DNA of 64,000 bases from positions 12,586,001-12,650,000 of the forward strand of contig NC_042999.1 in assembly GCF_006345805.1 (NCBI RefSeq), in the 5' to 3' direction. Every line of letters begins with the position of its first letter. Position 1 is the first letter of the stretch. Origin of the DNA: Octopus sinensis (taxonomy: Eukaryota). This document shows, piece by piece, positions 1 through 11,625 of the stretch. A program made the translations under genes and the position numbers. The notes under the pieces are model-generated. The model worked only from the letters and a program-made list of their open reading frames with translations, was not told where the DNA came from and did not search any database.

Positions 1-2983
1 TTTATCTCGAACAGGCAGAGCCCCTCGGTAGCACTGCCAGGCGAGAGACCTCTGGAAATTATCCATCGGCCCCGGCCCGAAAGTCCTCCCGAACAGACCG
101 CTCAGTTCGTCGTCTTCAACGCCTAGAGTTTCCCCGAGAACGTCGTCGCATTTTTCCTCCACTAACCCTCTATAGAACGCTAGAGTGGAGCTGTAACCGA
201 CCGCATTGCCCGCCTGGTGGAGGGCGGAGAGGGCTTGACGGCACTCGAGGTGCCAAGCGCCCTTTCTCGGTCTACGTTTGATCCAGGTCTGCAGCTCCGT
301 CAAAGAGACGAGCTGCGGAAAATCGCGTCTGACAAAAGACGACCACACCTGTTCACCGTCTAGGAAGCGCTTGAGATGCCGCAGCCTGAGCGCATGTCTG
401 CGCAACAGCAACCACGGCATTCCAAGGCCTCCGTTCAGCGGTCGTTGACAGCAGATGGATCGCCTGACCAGTGGCACCTGACCCTTCCACAAAAAGTCGA
501 AGAGCAGGCGTACCAGCTTGGCCAACCAGCGGTCAGGACAAGGGACGACGGTCAAGCGGTAATAGATGACGGATGCGATGTACGCATTCGCCACCTCCGC
601 TCGACCTTTCAGGGACAGCTTCCTCTCGGCCCATTTCTGGGTGAGACGTGCCACCCTGCTCGTCACCTCTTCCCAGTTCTTATCCACCTGGAGGTCCGGA
701 CCGAACCAGACCCCGAGCAGTTTAACGGGTCCGTCTGTCCAGCGCCCTACGACGCTGTTGGACGGCATGGGCTTGCCTCTCCAGGTGCCCAGTTGCAAGC
801 CCACAGACTTTTCCGCGTTAATCTTTGCCCCTGTCACCGCTTCGTACTGGTTTAGCGTCTCGCCAATCAGGCCAATGTGCCTGTGGCTCGACACCACCAC
901 GGTGACGTCGTCGGCATAAGCAGACACGCTGTTTCCGCCTCCTAGATCGCGCGGGATACCCCTCAAAGCCTCCAACTTGCGCAGTAATGGCTCGAGAGTC
1001 AAAATGTACAAGAGGGAGGAGAGAGGGCATCCTTGGCGGACCGAACGCGAGATGTCGAACGGTTCCGAAAGGTGACCGTTCACCCGTATCACTGAGCAGA
1101 TGTTGCTGTATAAAGCAGCGATCCACCCGCGGAAGACTGGACCGAAGCCGGCTGCCCTGAGGACAGCTGCCAGGTACCGATGGTCGACCCTATCGAAGGC
1201 TTTACTCTGATCCAAGTTGATCAAAGCCCCACCCGCGCCAGCGTCGTTACCCACCCTCTCTATGATGTAGCGCATGAGATGGAGGTTGTCGTGTATCGAC
1301 CTGGTCGGCACGGCGCATGTCTGCGTCTCGCCGACCAGCTTGTCCACGACAAGCGCCAATCTCTTGGCTAGCACCTTGGCCAAAATCTTCAACTCTGCAT
1401 TGAGCAGAGTGATGGGCCGGAAATTCCCTATAACGTCCCCCTTGTTTGGGTCCTTCTTTAGCAAAGCCACCACCCTCGACAGACAAAAGCAGGAATTCTC
1501 CCGTTTTGCTGCCAGTTGCAGTAGACGTTTGCCAACAGGTCCGCAAACAAGTCTGGCATTGAAAAGTAAAGCTCGTAGGGCAGACCATCCAACCCGGCGA
1601 TCTACCTCTCGTGCAACTCTTCATCGCTTCCTGTACTTCCCAGGCAGATATCGGTCCTTCGCAGCACTCTGCCTCGCTGTCCGAGAGTTGCGGCAGTCCG
1701 TCCAGGTACACACCGAAGTCTGTACCGTTGGTGTCCGTTCCACCGCTCGTCCCAAACAGTTGAGCAAAGTGCCGCTGAAGCACCGTACACATCTGCTTCG
1801 GTTGGGTAACCTCGCGCCCGTTCTGGTCCACCAAAGACCGAATGGTTGCTCTGTTGCCTCGCTTCGCCTCCGCCACGCGGGCCCATCGAGCGGCTCTAGT
1901 CCCCTCCCCGCTTAGCGAACGTGCCTTAGCTCTGACAACGCAGCCTTCGTGTTTGGCGTCGAAGTGTTGGTCGAGGGCCAACCTTGCCGCCAACACGTCG
2001 GTCGCGATGCCAGTGTCAAGAGCCTCGTCTAGTTTCTTAACTAAATCCCGCTCTCTCTTCCTACGTTCAATAGCTAGAGTCTTACTATACCTAATCGACT
2101 CTACTCTAATTGCTCTCTTGAGGGCAAACCACCAGTTGTTGTTGATGATTGCCCCCGTGAGCGCCCGCTTAACTAGTAAACTAATCCGGTCTCTGTAAGC
2201 TTTGCACGCCGTTAACGACGCGTTCAGCTTCCAGTAGCCGGGTCCCTGTCTATGTAGCCTATCTAAGTCGACCGTACAGATCACTAATTTGTGGTCCGTA
2301 TATTCGACTAGGTGGAATTGTGGACACCCTACGCTGTCCTTATCCGCTGGCCTACAAAACACTCTATCTAAGTACGATCTAGACGACCCGATGCGGTTTG
2401 TCCAAGTCCACATTGGCACATTCGGGTTGTCTAGTCGAAACCTGTCGGACAGCTGAAAGCGGCCGAGTAGGTTGGCGAGGCTCTTGCACCCTCCCCCTCT
2501 CCTATCAGACGCTCCCCTGCCCACCCGATCGAAACGTTCGTCTAAGACAGCGTTCCAATCCCCAACTAGTACTAGAGTGCGTGACGTTCCCAGGAAAACT
2601 TCCAGACGTTTGAAATAATCCGACTGCCCTGCTCCTGTCGGAGCGTAGGCAGCCAGCAGTCTGAAAGCACCGCCGTCACTACCGTCCACGTCGAGGACCA
2701 CCAACTTACCTTCCGGATCCAAGAAGACTGTCCTTATTTTCAGGTCCAGGCCCTTCCGAAACAACACCGCAGTACCACCACCGCCCGCTCCCGGCCGACA
2801 CGGAGATAGAAATATCTCGTATCCGCCGAAAAGGGCTGCGAGTTCCTGCGGGTCGGAGAGCCTGGTTTCACTGATGGCTGCTACATCCACATCATGAAAC
2901 CTCAGGTCGTTTAACAGGTGACCCTGTTTCCAAGGTGACCCGAGGCCTCTCACATTCAAGCAACCGATTCTAAGATTTGCCAT
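1..2983 (-). CDS. L1/Tx1 ORF2: APE endonuclease + reverse transcriptase, interrupted by two 1-bp deletions
   Basis: APE motifs CLNVRGL, ISETRL, VGDWNAV, SYLDRVF, YTDHKLV. After frameshifts at ~1591 (PG|LDGLPYE) and ~1475 (CRG|VVALLKK), my hand translation is stop-free to base 1: FRPITLLNAELKILAK, NLDQSKAFDRVDH, VRQGCPLS, YADD (907-918), KINAEKS, LSLKGR, GGLGMP, AWQCYRGALP. Confidence 0.92.
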
Positions 2984-3289
2984 GTTTCAAAAGTTAGGGA
3001 AAAAAAAGGAGAAAAAAGGCTCTACTTACTGTTGTTGGTGGTGGGGGTGGCTCCCTTGTGCTTTTGCACGGGTGCTTCAATAATATTTTTGTAAAGTTTC
3101 TGAGAGAAACTTTTCCCTAACGATCCCACATCGTTAGGGAATATTTGTTTTATTTCGTTGTAAACTGTTTTGTTTATTTTTATTGTGAGAATGTGTGCTG
3201 GTGGTGTGTTGTGTGTAGGTATTATGAAATCTGTAATGTTTGTGCTTGTTTTGTTTTTCAATACTCAACCAGTTCCTGGTTTCTTGTAT

Positions 3290-3830
3290 TCACTGCTGTA
3301 ATCGTGTCTGTAATTGTGTCTGTGTTTGTTGTGTCTGTGGTAGTGGCAGTAGTGGTGTCGAAAGTGTTGTTGTTGTTGTTTGTTGTTGTGAGTGTGTGTT
3401 GTTGTTGATGTTGTTGTTGATGTTGGGAAGTACTGTTTGTTCGTGCTTCCCCTGTAAATCTTTTTGTTTTTTCCTCCTTTTCTTTTTTGGAGGTACTATG
3501 TTCCATTCTCCTTTGTTGGAATCAGAGCTCGCACAATCCGAGATCTCTTCATCCGGCAAAGGAATGGTTGAGGGGTCTGCTTCAGTAGCAGGACGAAAAG
3601 TTTTTGTTTCCGCCGGTATCGGTGGTGCCGCTGCTCCTGTTACTGTTGATGTCGCTGCTGTCGACCTTCGAGGTACTGGTGTCGGTGTTGGTTTGCTGGT
3701 GGTTGTCGGTGTTGGTTTGGTGGTGGTTGTTGTTGTTGGAGGTGGTGTTGTTCGTCTTGGTGCTGGTGTTGGTGATGGTGTTGGTGGTGTGGCAGCCTTT
3801 GGTGTTTCTTGCTGTTTTTGTTGTTGCTTG

Positions 3831-3864
<34 letters not shown>

Positions 3865-4675
3865 GCTGCTGCCTCTTGCTGAAAGCCTCCATCCTCTTTT
3901 TGTGAATGGGACAGTCCCTCTTTAAGTGGCTTTCGCTGCTGCAGAGGAAACATTTTGGCTTTCGCCCCTCCACAGCAACGTTTAGCCTGGTGCCGTCCGG
4001 CAAACTTACGAAATCAGGGACTTTACTTATATTCTCTTGCTGAATTTGCGCAAGAAGCAGCACTCCCATCCCCAACCAGTTTTTCGCCCTCACTCTCCTG
4101 ACATCTAGAATGGTGGTAGTGTCCTCTATATCATAGAGGACAGCTGCCACCAGCCATGACATATTTAGCTCAGGGGGAACGAGGTCGATTTTTATTTTTG
4201 TTACTCTTCGCCCGAGGTGGGTTGGAATTAGTAACAAATTCTCAGTTTGCAAGGGCGAAATGGCGTTCGCCCTTGCCAGCTCCTCTGTTGGGAAGCGAAC
4301 CTCCACGGTTCCAAAACGCTTCCCCTTGGTTACGTAGCTCTTTTGGGCCCAAATGGGCTTTAGAGCTATCTCCAACTGTTGGGGTGTGGCATTTGTTATT
4401 CTTTTTAGTTTTCTGTCGAAAACTTTGTAAATTATTGTTTGCTTGTTGGTGCTTTCAATCACCTCTTGTGGAGTATTGAGGAAGATACCATTGCCATCCT
4501 TCCTTAACAATTCCTTCGCTCTTTTCACATCTTCTAGAGTTATCTTAACTTCCTCCGAAATTTGCTTCGCAGCAGAAGCAAAATTGTTGGAAGTTTTTTC
4601 TTTTATCTCCGTGTCAATGTTTGTGATGATTTTTGTATTTGTTTTTTTTTTCCTCCTCCTTCCGTACCAAAGCAT
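3290..4675 (-). CDS. L1/Tx1 ORF1 nucleic-acid-binding protein (zinc knuckle, Q13 tract, Pro/Thr-rich linker)
   Basis: 461-aa ORF upstream of ORF2 with CFLCSSESHLKRDC (CX2CX4HX4C) preceded by VAVEGRKPK, typical of Tx1-type ORF1. Confidence 0.85.
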
Positions 4676-5121
4676 TAGGTGAAGGCAGAGGGGGAAAATC
4701 GAGAATTACGTCGAACGCGACGTCCTGGCTTGCATTCTCCTTTTGAACGGAGCTCGTGCTCTGCGGTTCGGAAGGAGAATCTTTGTTGCCTTTTAAGGCG
4801 TGAAGTGGGTGTTTTGTACGAGTTGTGTGTGTTTGCGGAGGGAGTGTATCTTGAAGGAAGGAACAGCCAACTGTTCGCTTCATAGCCATGTTTTTTTTTG
4901 TTGTAATATTCAAAATGTTGAAAAATGTCAAATGTTCAAAATTTTAAAACGTAATTTCACCCCGAATGGGGCAAAATTTCGCCCAACCGACGAGCTCCGC
5001 AAGAAGCCGGTCGGTTTGGCTACAAAAATATTAAAAAATATTCAAACCTAACAATAGATTTCCAATGAAATTGGTGTCAAATTCACGGAGCTGATTCACG
5101 TACGTCCATCGGCGTCGGAAG

Positions 5122-5122
<1 letters not shown>

Positions 5123-5175
<53 letters not shown>
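5123..5175. repeat. (AAT)~17 microsatellite
   Basis: Perfect AAT run read directly. Confidence 0.95.
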
Positions 5176-5176
<1 letters not shown>

Positions 5177-7847
5177 TGCTGAAAAGAGTAAAAGTAGGAG
5201 CAGAAAGTCAAGTAAAGAAAAGAGCAATGAAAGCTAGAGGTATATGCACTGTGCTCAGGTTAAAACACAAAAATTGAGAAAAGTGAACGTCAATAAAGCC
5301 ATAAAGATGGATGGGCATGTCAGGAGTAGTGTTGGTGAATTTAGGGAAGCTTGGAATTTTTGAAAAAGTGTCCTTAGCAGTTGACAGTCAGTGAGGGTAG
5401 TTTATTCCATGCTTCAACAATTCTGGGCATAAAAATATGCGTTTGAAAATCATGGTTATTGCCCTGTTTTTTGATTTTATAAACATATCCAAAGAGGTAT
5501 TGAATTCAAAAAGGCAGCCAAAGTTGTTGTTGGGTTCCATCAAGACAACTACAACACAAGGAAATTGTAGAGTGTTGATGGCCAGGAAAGTGACATGTTC
5601 AAGAGATGGTGACGGACACAAGTTATTCCCACGCCAGATCAGACCGGAACCTGGTGCAGCCTTCTGGCTTCCCAGATCCCCGGTGGTCGAACCGTCCAAC
5701 CCATGCTAGCATGGAGAACGGACGTTAAACAATGACTTCCCAAACTTCTCTGATTCCTACCTACCAGACTTAATCCCATTCCCAATTTCTCTACTTAGGG
5801 CTCCTCTTATTCTATTTTATTTCTTCATGGTGGCTGTTTGGTTTAGAAGATTGCTTCCTGACCATCTCTTCTGGTTTTGGGTTCACTTTATGCGAGTGTC
5901 TTCAACTATAGCCTCAGGTCAACCAATGTCTTTTGAGTAAATTTAGTAAACGAAAGAAGCTAACCATATATACATATATGTATGTGTGTGTTTGTTTTGT
6001 GCTGACACCATGGAATGATGCTTGTTAAACAATCATCATCATACAAGCAATGATGTTTATTTTCAATCTTCCATGAAACATGTCCAGCTACAGGGAAATA
6101 TCAGTTTGCTTGGCAATAGGCAGGCAGTGGTTGATGACAGGATGGGCATTATCTGGTCAGAGAAAATCTACCTCAACTAGTTCTATTTGACTTATGTAAG
6201 CATGGAAGAGTGAATGTTAAAACAATGATGACGATGATTAGGAGGAGGATTACACTTTTTTTATGCTTCCTCTGATTTTTTACTATATTTCCCTTACTTT
6301 TGATTTTATTCATCTATCAGGTTCACCATGGGGCTGCTCTTTAACTCATGTTCTGTTTTAACAGTTGCAATTCACATTCCATTTTTGGTGTGCTGTATTC
6401 TCTATTTCCATGGCATTTCAGTTTCAAATGGTCCAGTCCATCTTGATGTAAATATGTTCCAAATGTGCCACATTTTCAAACAACAGGTGTCTGTTTTTGT
6501 TATCATGTAGTGCTACATCAGAATCCCTTATATCATGAGTATTATTCATACTCTGATACACGAGATGAAAATTCTCTGCATTTAAGAATTTTCCTTCCAA
6601 CACATTTCATGTCGGAGTCACCAGTATGTAGGGATGTAGTAGTTGGTTGATGTTAGGAGAAATTGTTGAATAAACATTACCCCACTACATCGATCCAATT
6701 AAAATTACATTTATACTGTCAAACCGTTGCTTATAGAATGTATAGATGTCAGAGTGAAAGAATGAGATGAAGAAAAGGATGTGTGCTCAAATTTATGTTT
6801 GCAATCCTTAAAGTATTCAAAATATTACTGAGATAAACTACCTTACCAGGTGAAGATAGCTGTGTTTATAGCTCCCTAATTTGGTTAACTAAGATATCTC
6901 TCGGTTGAAAGTTTGGTAGAGGAAACAGACAAATTGATATTATAGCAGCAGTGACTAATTGTCTCATTTGTCAGCAATCTGTTGGAGAAATATCAGCTAG
7001 CTGTAATTTTTGGTGGTAAAGGAAAGATATAGTTGGCCACTGATTTTGCGTGTGTGCAGTCAGTATTAAAGCGAAGTTCTATCAATCTCTCTTGACTGTG
7101 TGTGTGCGACAGGGACAAAGACAAGATGTCTTAGGACATTTAGTGTCGATCTCAGTGTGTGTGACATGACTTCATTCATCGCATGTTGAACTCTGTGTAG
7201 CAAGGCTAAAAAGGCTTGTATAGATAGGAAAACTGACAAGCAATGCAAAGAGCTATATTGTATTATCTATGTGAGAATAATGGCAAGGTAATCTACTGGT
7301 TTTGTTATTTCAGGTGAATCTAATCTAGTGGGGTTAGAGATCAAGTGGCGAAAACATTAACCAGCTAAGGATAGCGTGTTTGTGGTCTTATTGTTCTTAA
7401 CTAAAATCTATAGCATTACCTAGCTAGGAGGAAAACTAGTGATTTGGTTTCAAGTCTAATGCTAGCTGGTCTACAAATAAAAACGTATTCCATACATCCA
7501 TTACAATCTCTTTCATCTGTTGTTTTTCTTCAACTTCCTCACTTTCCTCTTCTTTTCATCCCTATTCTTCCCCGCATCACATTTAAATTGAACTCATCAG
7601 ATTTAGTATTTTTTGTTTTAGACATCTTTATTATTTGAAATCTGGATGTATTCCATCTCCGGTTGATGCCAACTCGTTCTTGGTCATGCAGTCCAGTACC
7701 CCGTGGTCGTAGTTGAGTGGTCAGTGGTGAAATGGGCTTCCTAACAGGCATCATCATTATCTTGTAATGCCTGTCTTCCATACTGGCATGATTTGGATGG
7801 TTTTAGAGGACCTGATGGATTGGTGGCATCACTTTTACGGTTGCATG

Positions 7848-10800
7848 CAGGAATTGTACAAAATTAATTGCAATATATTGGTCCAATTAATTGATTGGAG
7901 TCGTACTGCTAATTAAATAATTGATTGCTATCATATCAATTAATTGCAACATTGTCAGGGAAAGTTTTTCAAATGGCTCATACTTCATTCGGCGTTCAAT
8001 TGGCAAATACAGTGTTCTATTATTATTTGAGGTATTGTGTTGTTGTTTTGTTCTGACTGCTGAGAATGATTCACACATTTTGTAGTGCTTAGGAATTGAC
8101 CATTGTGTATGTTGTTAACTGTTGATGCTTGATTTGGACTGCTGAGAATGATACACATTCTATCATGCTTGGGAATTAGCAAATAACCACTGTTGACGCT
8201 TAGTTAGGACTGCCGAGAATGATTCACATATTCTGTCATGTTTGGGTATTGGCTATTGTGTATGTTGTCAAATAATCGCTGCCGAGTGATTCTTGGCTCT
8301 GACTGCCGAGAAGGATTCACACTTCAAGTCATTAAATCGTAAATTCGCCTACAACGTAGCTGCATCTTGAATTCCACTCCAGCATATTACCTGAATCAGA
8401 CTTTCATCCGTTGAGTGATGAAATATCTTCTATTTTAAATTGCGGTGAAATATCTTTTGTTTTAAACTAACTCATGCCACATGAAAACAAGCAAATCATC
8501 AGAAAATATTTTAATCAAACAGACAGTCGACATGTATGGAAAAAAGTTGACCCAGAAAAAGGGAACTGGATGGACAAATATTATGAATCATATAAAAAAA
8601 CCAGCATCCAGATTATCCTATTATACGAGCAACTGGACAACCATCGTTATTGAGTTTTCTTTTACCAAGAAGTAGTTTGGTCAGTTACTTAGCCTTAAAT
8701 GTTTATGGTTGGATTGAGTGGGTATTTCATTTCATTTCATTTCATTTGGGTTTGAGTCCATGCTCAGGCCAAGTCGAAGACTCCACCCTCAGAGTCTGGT
8801 GTGGTTGCCAGGTTGTATTCTCTGCTTAAATTTGACATGTGTAGGAGCGAGTTTGAGTCAGTTTGTGCTCGTTGTGTATATCCTGGGAGATGGGGTTCAT
8901 CTCTAATGGTGCTTAAGTATCTATCCAGTTGCAATTTGAATGATTCCACACTGCATCCTGATAGATTTCTGACATGTACCGGAATGGAGTTAAACAGTTG
9001 TGCTCCTCGAACCAACAGACTTGATTCTCGCAGGGTTTTTGCTGCCTGGCCAGCCTTTTTGTTGATTGGTGGCAGCTGGCAACGTCTTCCGTGGCGCAGT
9101 GAGTGGTAGGTTTTGATACCAAAGTTTGGCACCTTCTGCTCTATCATTTTCCAAATGTATATAATTCGGTATCGCTCAAATCTTCTTTCTATTGAGTACA
9201 TCCTCAAGGTTTTGAGTCTTTGCCAATAGTCCAGGTCCCTCGTTTCTGAGAAGTATGAGGTAAAATTTCTTTGAAGCGATTCTATCTTAGATAGTTGGCC
9301 CTTTGTTGTTGGTGACCACAACTGAGAACAGTAGTCAATCCTCGGAAGTATCATACTGTTCCAGAGGGTTTTCATTGTTGAGGTATCTCTTGATTTGAAG
9401 GTGCGCAAGATCCACCCGCTGTACTTTCTTGCAGTAAGACAGACTGAGTCAAGGTGTTCTCTGAATTTTAGGTTGGTTCCCATGTGGATGCCTAAGTGTT
9501 GGTTTAAAACCATTTTCCTTTACTGAAGACCCACTGACTCGTAAATACACAAAACTTGGGAAGTATGACAAGTGTGATCTTAAAGAAATACATGGAGAAA
9601 CTTGCTCAAGAATTGGGGAAAAAAATATCTGTTGAACTTCAAAGACTAAGGGTCCGACACATTTCATTGGACTTTTTGCATCTTATTTGTGCAATTATCA
9701 ACATGGCTATTGTACTGTTTTGCTGGCATTTTCGCCAATGGCAAGTGAAACATCATTCACTGCTTCTGATTATGTTGAATTTATTGAGTATGTGTTAAGT
9801 GTTTATAACAAAAATTTTGAAAATTTTGTAGCTGTTACCAGAGATAATACTGAACAATCTATAGCAAATTTGTGTAGAATACCATTGATTGGATGTGCCT
9901 CTCATAAATTCAATCAAGCTGTTTCTGTTGATCTTGACAAGCAGGAAGTTCTGCTTGATAAAATTAATGCATTGATGGGCCAGATAAAATCATTAAAACT
10001 TGTTGGTAAACTTCAAGAAAAAATGCCTTTGCAACCTATACAAAGAAATAAAACCCATCGGTCCAGTACTTATGATATGATTGAGAGGTATATCCAGCTC
10101 AAGCCATTTTTAAACTCTTTTCAAGATGATCCAAAGTTGGTTGATTATCTGTTGACTTCACACAATCATAATGATCTGCAGACTAAAAGACAATTTAGGA
10201 AAGTTACATTCAGTAACAGTCACCTTGCAAAGAACAGAAATAGATTCAGGAAATGTTCAAATTCTTGCATTGTATCCTTACGAGGAGTTTAAAAAATATT
10301 TGCTCCCAGTGCGAGCCATTGTGCACAGCCCAAATTTTGAAAGTGGAATTGTGAAAATGTTGCAACATGCAAAAGCAGAGTTAACTGCAGAGGAAATGGC
10401 TGCTCTACATCAGCTGAAAGTGGTGACAGACACGTCAGAAGTGTGATTTACCTGTAGAAGATGATGATTTTGGAGTGTTAGCTTTGCTTCAATTTGTTTG
10501 AAAAACACAAAAAAGATAAAATTTCACCTCAGCAATATCTGAACTGTAGATTTTTGTTACCAACATCTCGGAACATTTCTTCAGCTCAGCAGGTTACGCT
10601 TTTAATAATTTTTGGCAATACTTAACAGCAATGAATTTAGAAATGCAATTTTTTTCTAAAAGTCAATCGCACTTTCTGGGATGAAGACCTAGTTTCAGAA
10701 ACCTGCGATTGTTCATCACCTTTTGCTATATTAGAACATTTTAATTGTGCAACTCGTTTGAGAAACTCTTTCAATAAAACAATATTTGTTTTTCAACTAC

Positions 10801-11062
10801 TGTACAATGTAGAGAATACATGTTGTTTGTTCCCTATTCTAAATCAATAAGATTGAACTTTGAACATTTTCGAGACTATAAGACGTGCCTTTTATTTTCC
10901 TATCATTTTGGTTCTTATCTAAATCAAAACTAACACTCCAAAATACATGGTGTTTTTATGTTTGGCAAAATAATTGACAATTAATTGCAGTAATTGATTG
11001 GCCTGTATTCCAATTAAAATTAATTGATTGGAAAGGTTCCAATCAATTATTTACAACCCCTG
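7848..11062 (+). mobile_element. hAT-superfamily DNA transposon (degenerate transposase)
   Basis: 8-bp TSD GTTGCATG at 7840-7847 and 11063-11070. Imperfect TIRs CAGGAATTGTACAAAATT vs CAGGGGTTGTAAATAATT (reverse complement of right end). Transposase remnants at ~8480-8725 and 9496-~10700 (WIEWVCVGLKPFSFTEDPLTRKY; VAVTRDNTE, PLIGCASHKFNQAV). Confidence 0.9.
8726..9495 (-). mobile_element. CR1-clade LINE 3' fragment nested in the hAT transposase
   Basis: C-terminal ORF2 motifs GWILRTFKSR, LPRIDYCSQLWSP, YWQRLKTLRMYSIERR, FKLQLDRYL; (AAATG)4 3' tail at ~8726-8747. Removing it rejoins the hAT frame (EWV|CVGLKPF). Confidence 0.9.
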
Positions 11063-11289
11063 GTTGCATGCCCTTCCTATCACTAACCACTTTACAGAGT
11101 GTACTGGGCACCCCACCAATTCTACCACTTATTATATTGACCAATAAATACAAGAAAGACAACATTGTTGGCTTGGTCAAACGATGCAAAAAAAGGAAAT
11201 ATTCAAAGTAGGGGATCAGGTGAAAGGAGTACAAAATCTCAGAGATTAAACTGAACAACACTTGAAAGTCATTAGACTTTTTCTTAAAA

Positions 11290-11294
<5 letters not shown>

Positions 11295-11342
<48 letters not shown>
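11295..11342. repeat. (GA)n microsatellite; others at ~51760-51797 (GA), ~37097-37150 (CA) and many (TA)n/(TG)n tracts
   Basis: Direct reading. Confidence 0.95.
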
Positions 11343-11345
<3 letters not shown>

Positions 11346-11429
11346 TTGCAAAGCTATTACAATGTTTTGCAGAACCCGTTCAACCTATTTCTTGAAACAT
11401 GGGAAAATAGCTGGCAATAACTATTCTAA

Positions 11430-11625
11430 TTTTTAGTATAAGGCCAGCAGTCTTAGGGGAGGGTATAAGTCGATTATATTGATCCCCAGTGCTCAACTGG
11501 TACTTATTTTATGGACCCCGAAAGGATGAAAGGCAAAGTCGACCTGAATGGAATTTGAACTCTGAGCGTCGAGAGTTGAAAAAATGTCATTAAGCATTCT
11601 GTCCACCGCTCAAACAATTCTACTG
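11430..11625 (-). mobile_element. tRNA-derived SINE (central GACTTTGCCTTTCATCCTTT...AAAATAAGTACCAG domain); related copies at ~28690-28900 (+), ~43200-43340 (-), ~44485-44625 (-)
   Basis: B-box-like GAGTTCAAATTCC followed by a shared central motif that recurs in four places in the window. Confidence 0.7.

Larger units (their letters stand above)
1..4880 (-). mobile_element. L1-clade (Tx1-like) non-LTR retrotransposon, near-intact; 3' part runs off the left window edge
   Basis: Gag-like ORF1 with a CCHC knuckle (4675-3290) followed by APE-RT ORF2 from 2983. GC-rich relative to flanks. The 5' boundary (~4880) is approximate. Confidence 0.92.

Noticed and set aside
376-2613. Plus-strand ORFs of 63-213 aa over the L1 element
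   Set aside because: Antisense shadows of the GC-rich ORF2; no recognisable domains.
6328-6510. 60-aa ORF with a signal-peptide-like N-terminus after an acceptor-like site
   Set aside because: Short, no domain, and no compatible neighbouring exon found; expected by chance.
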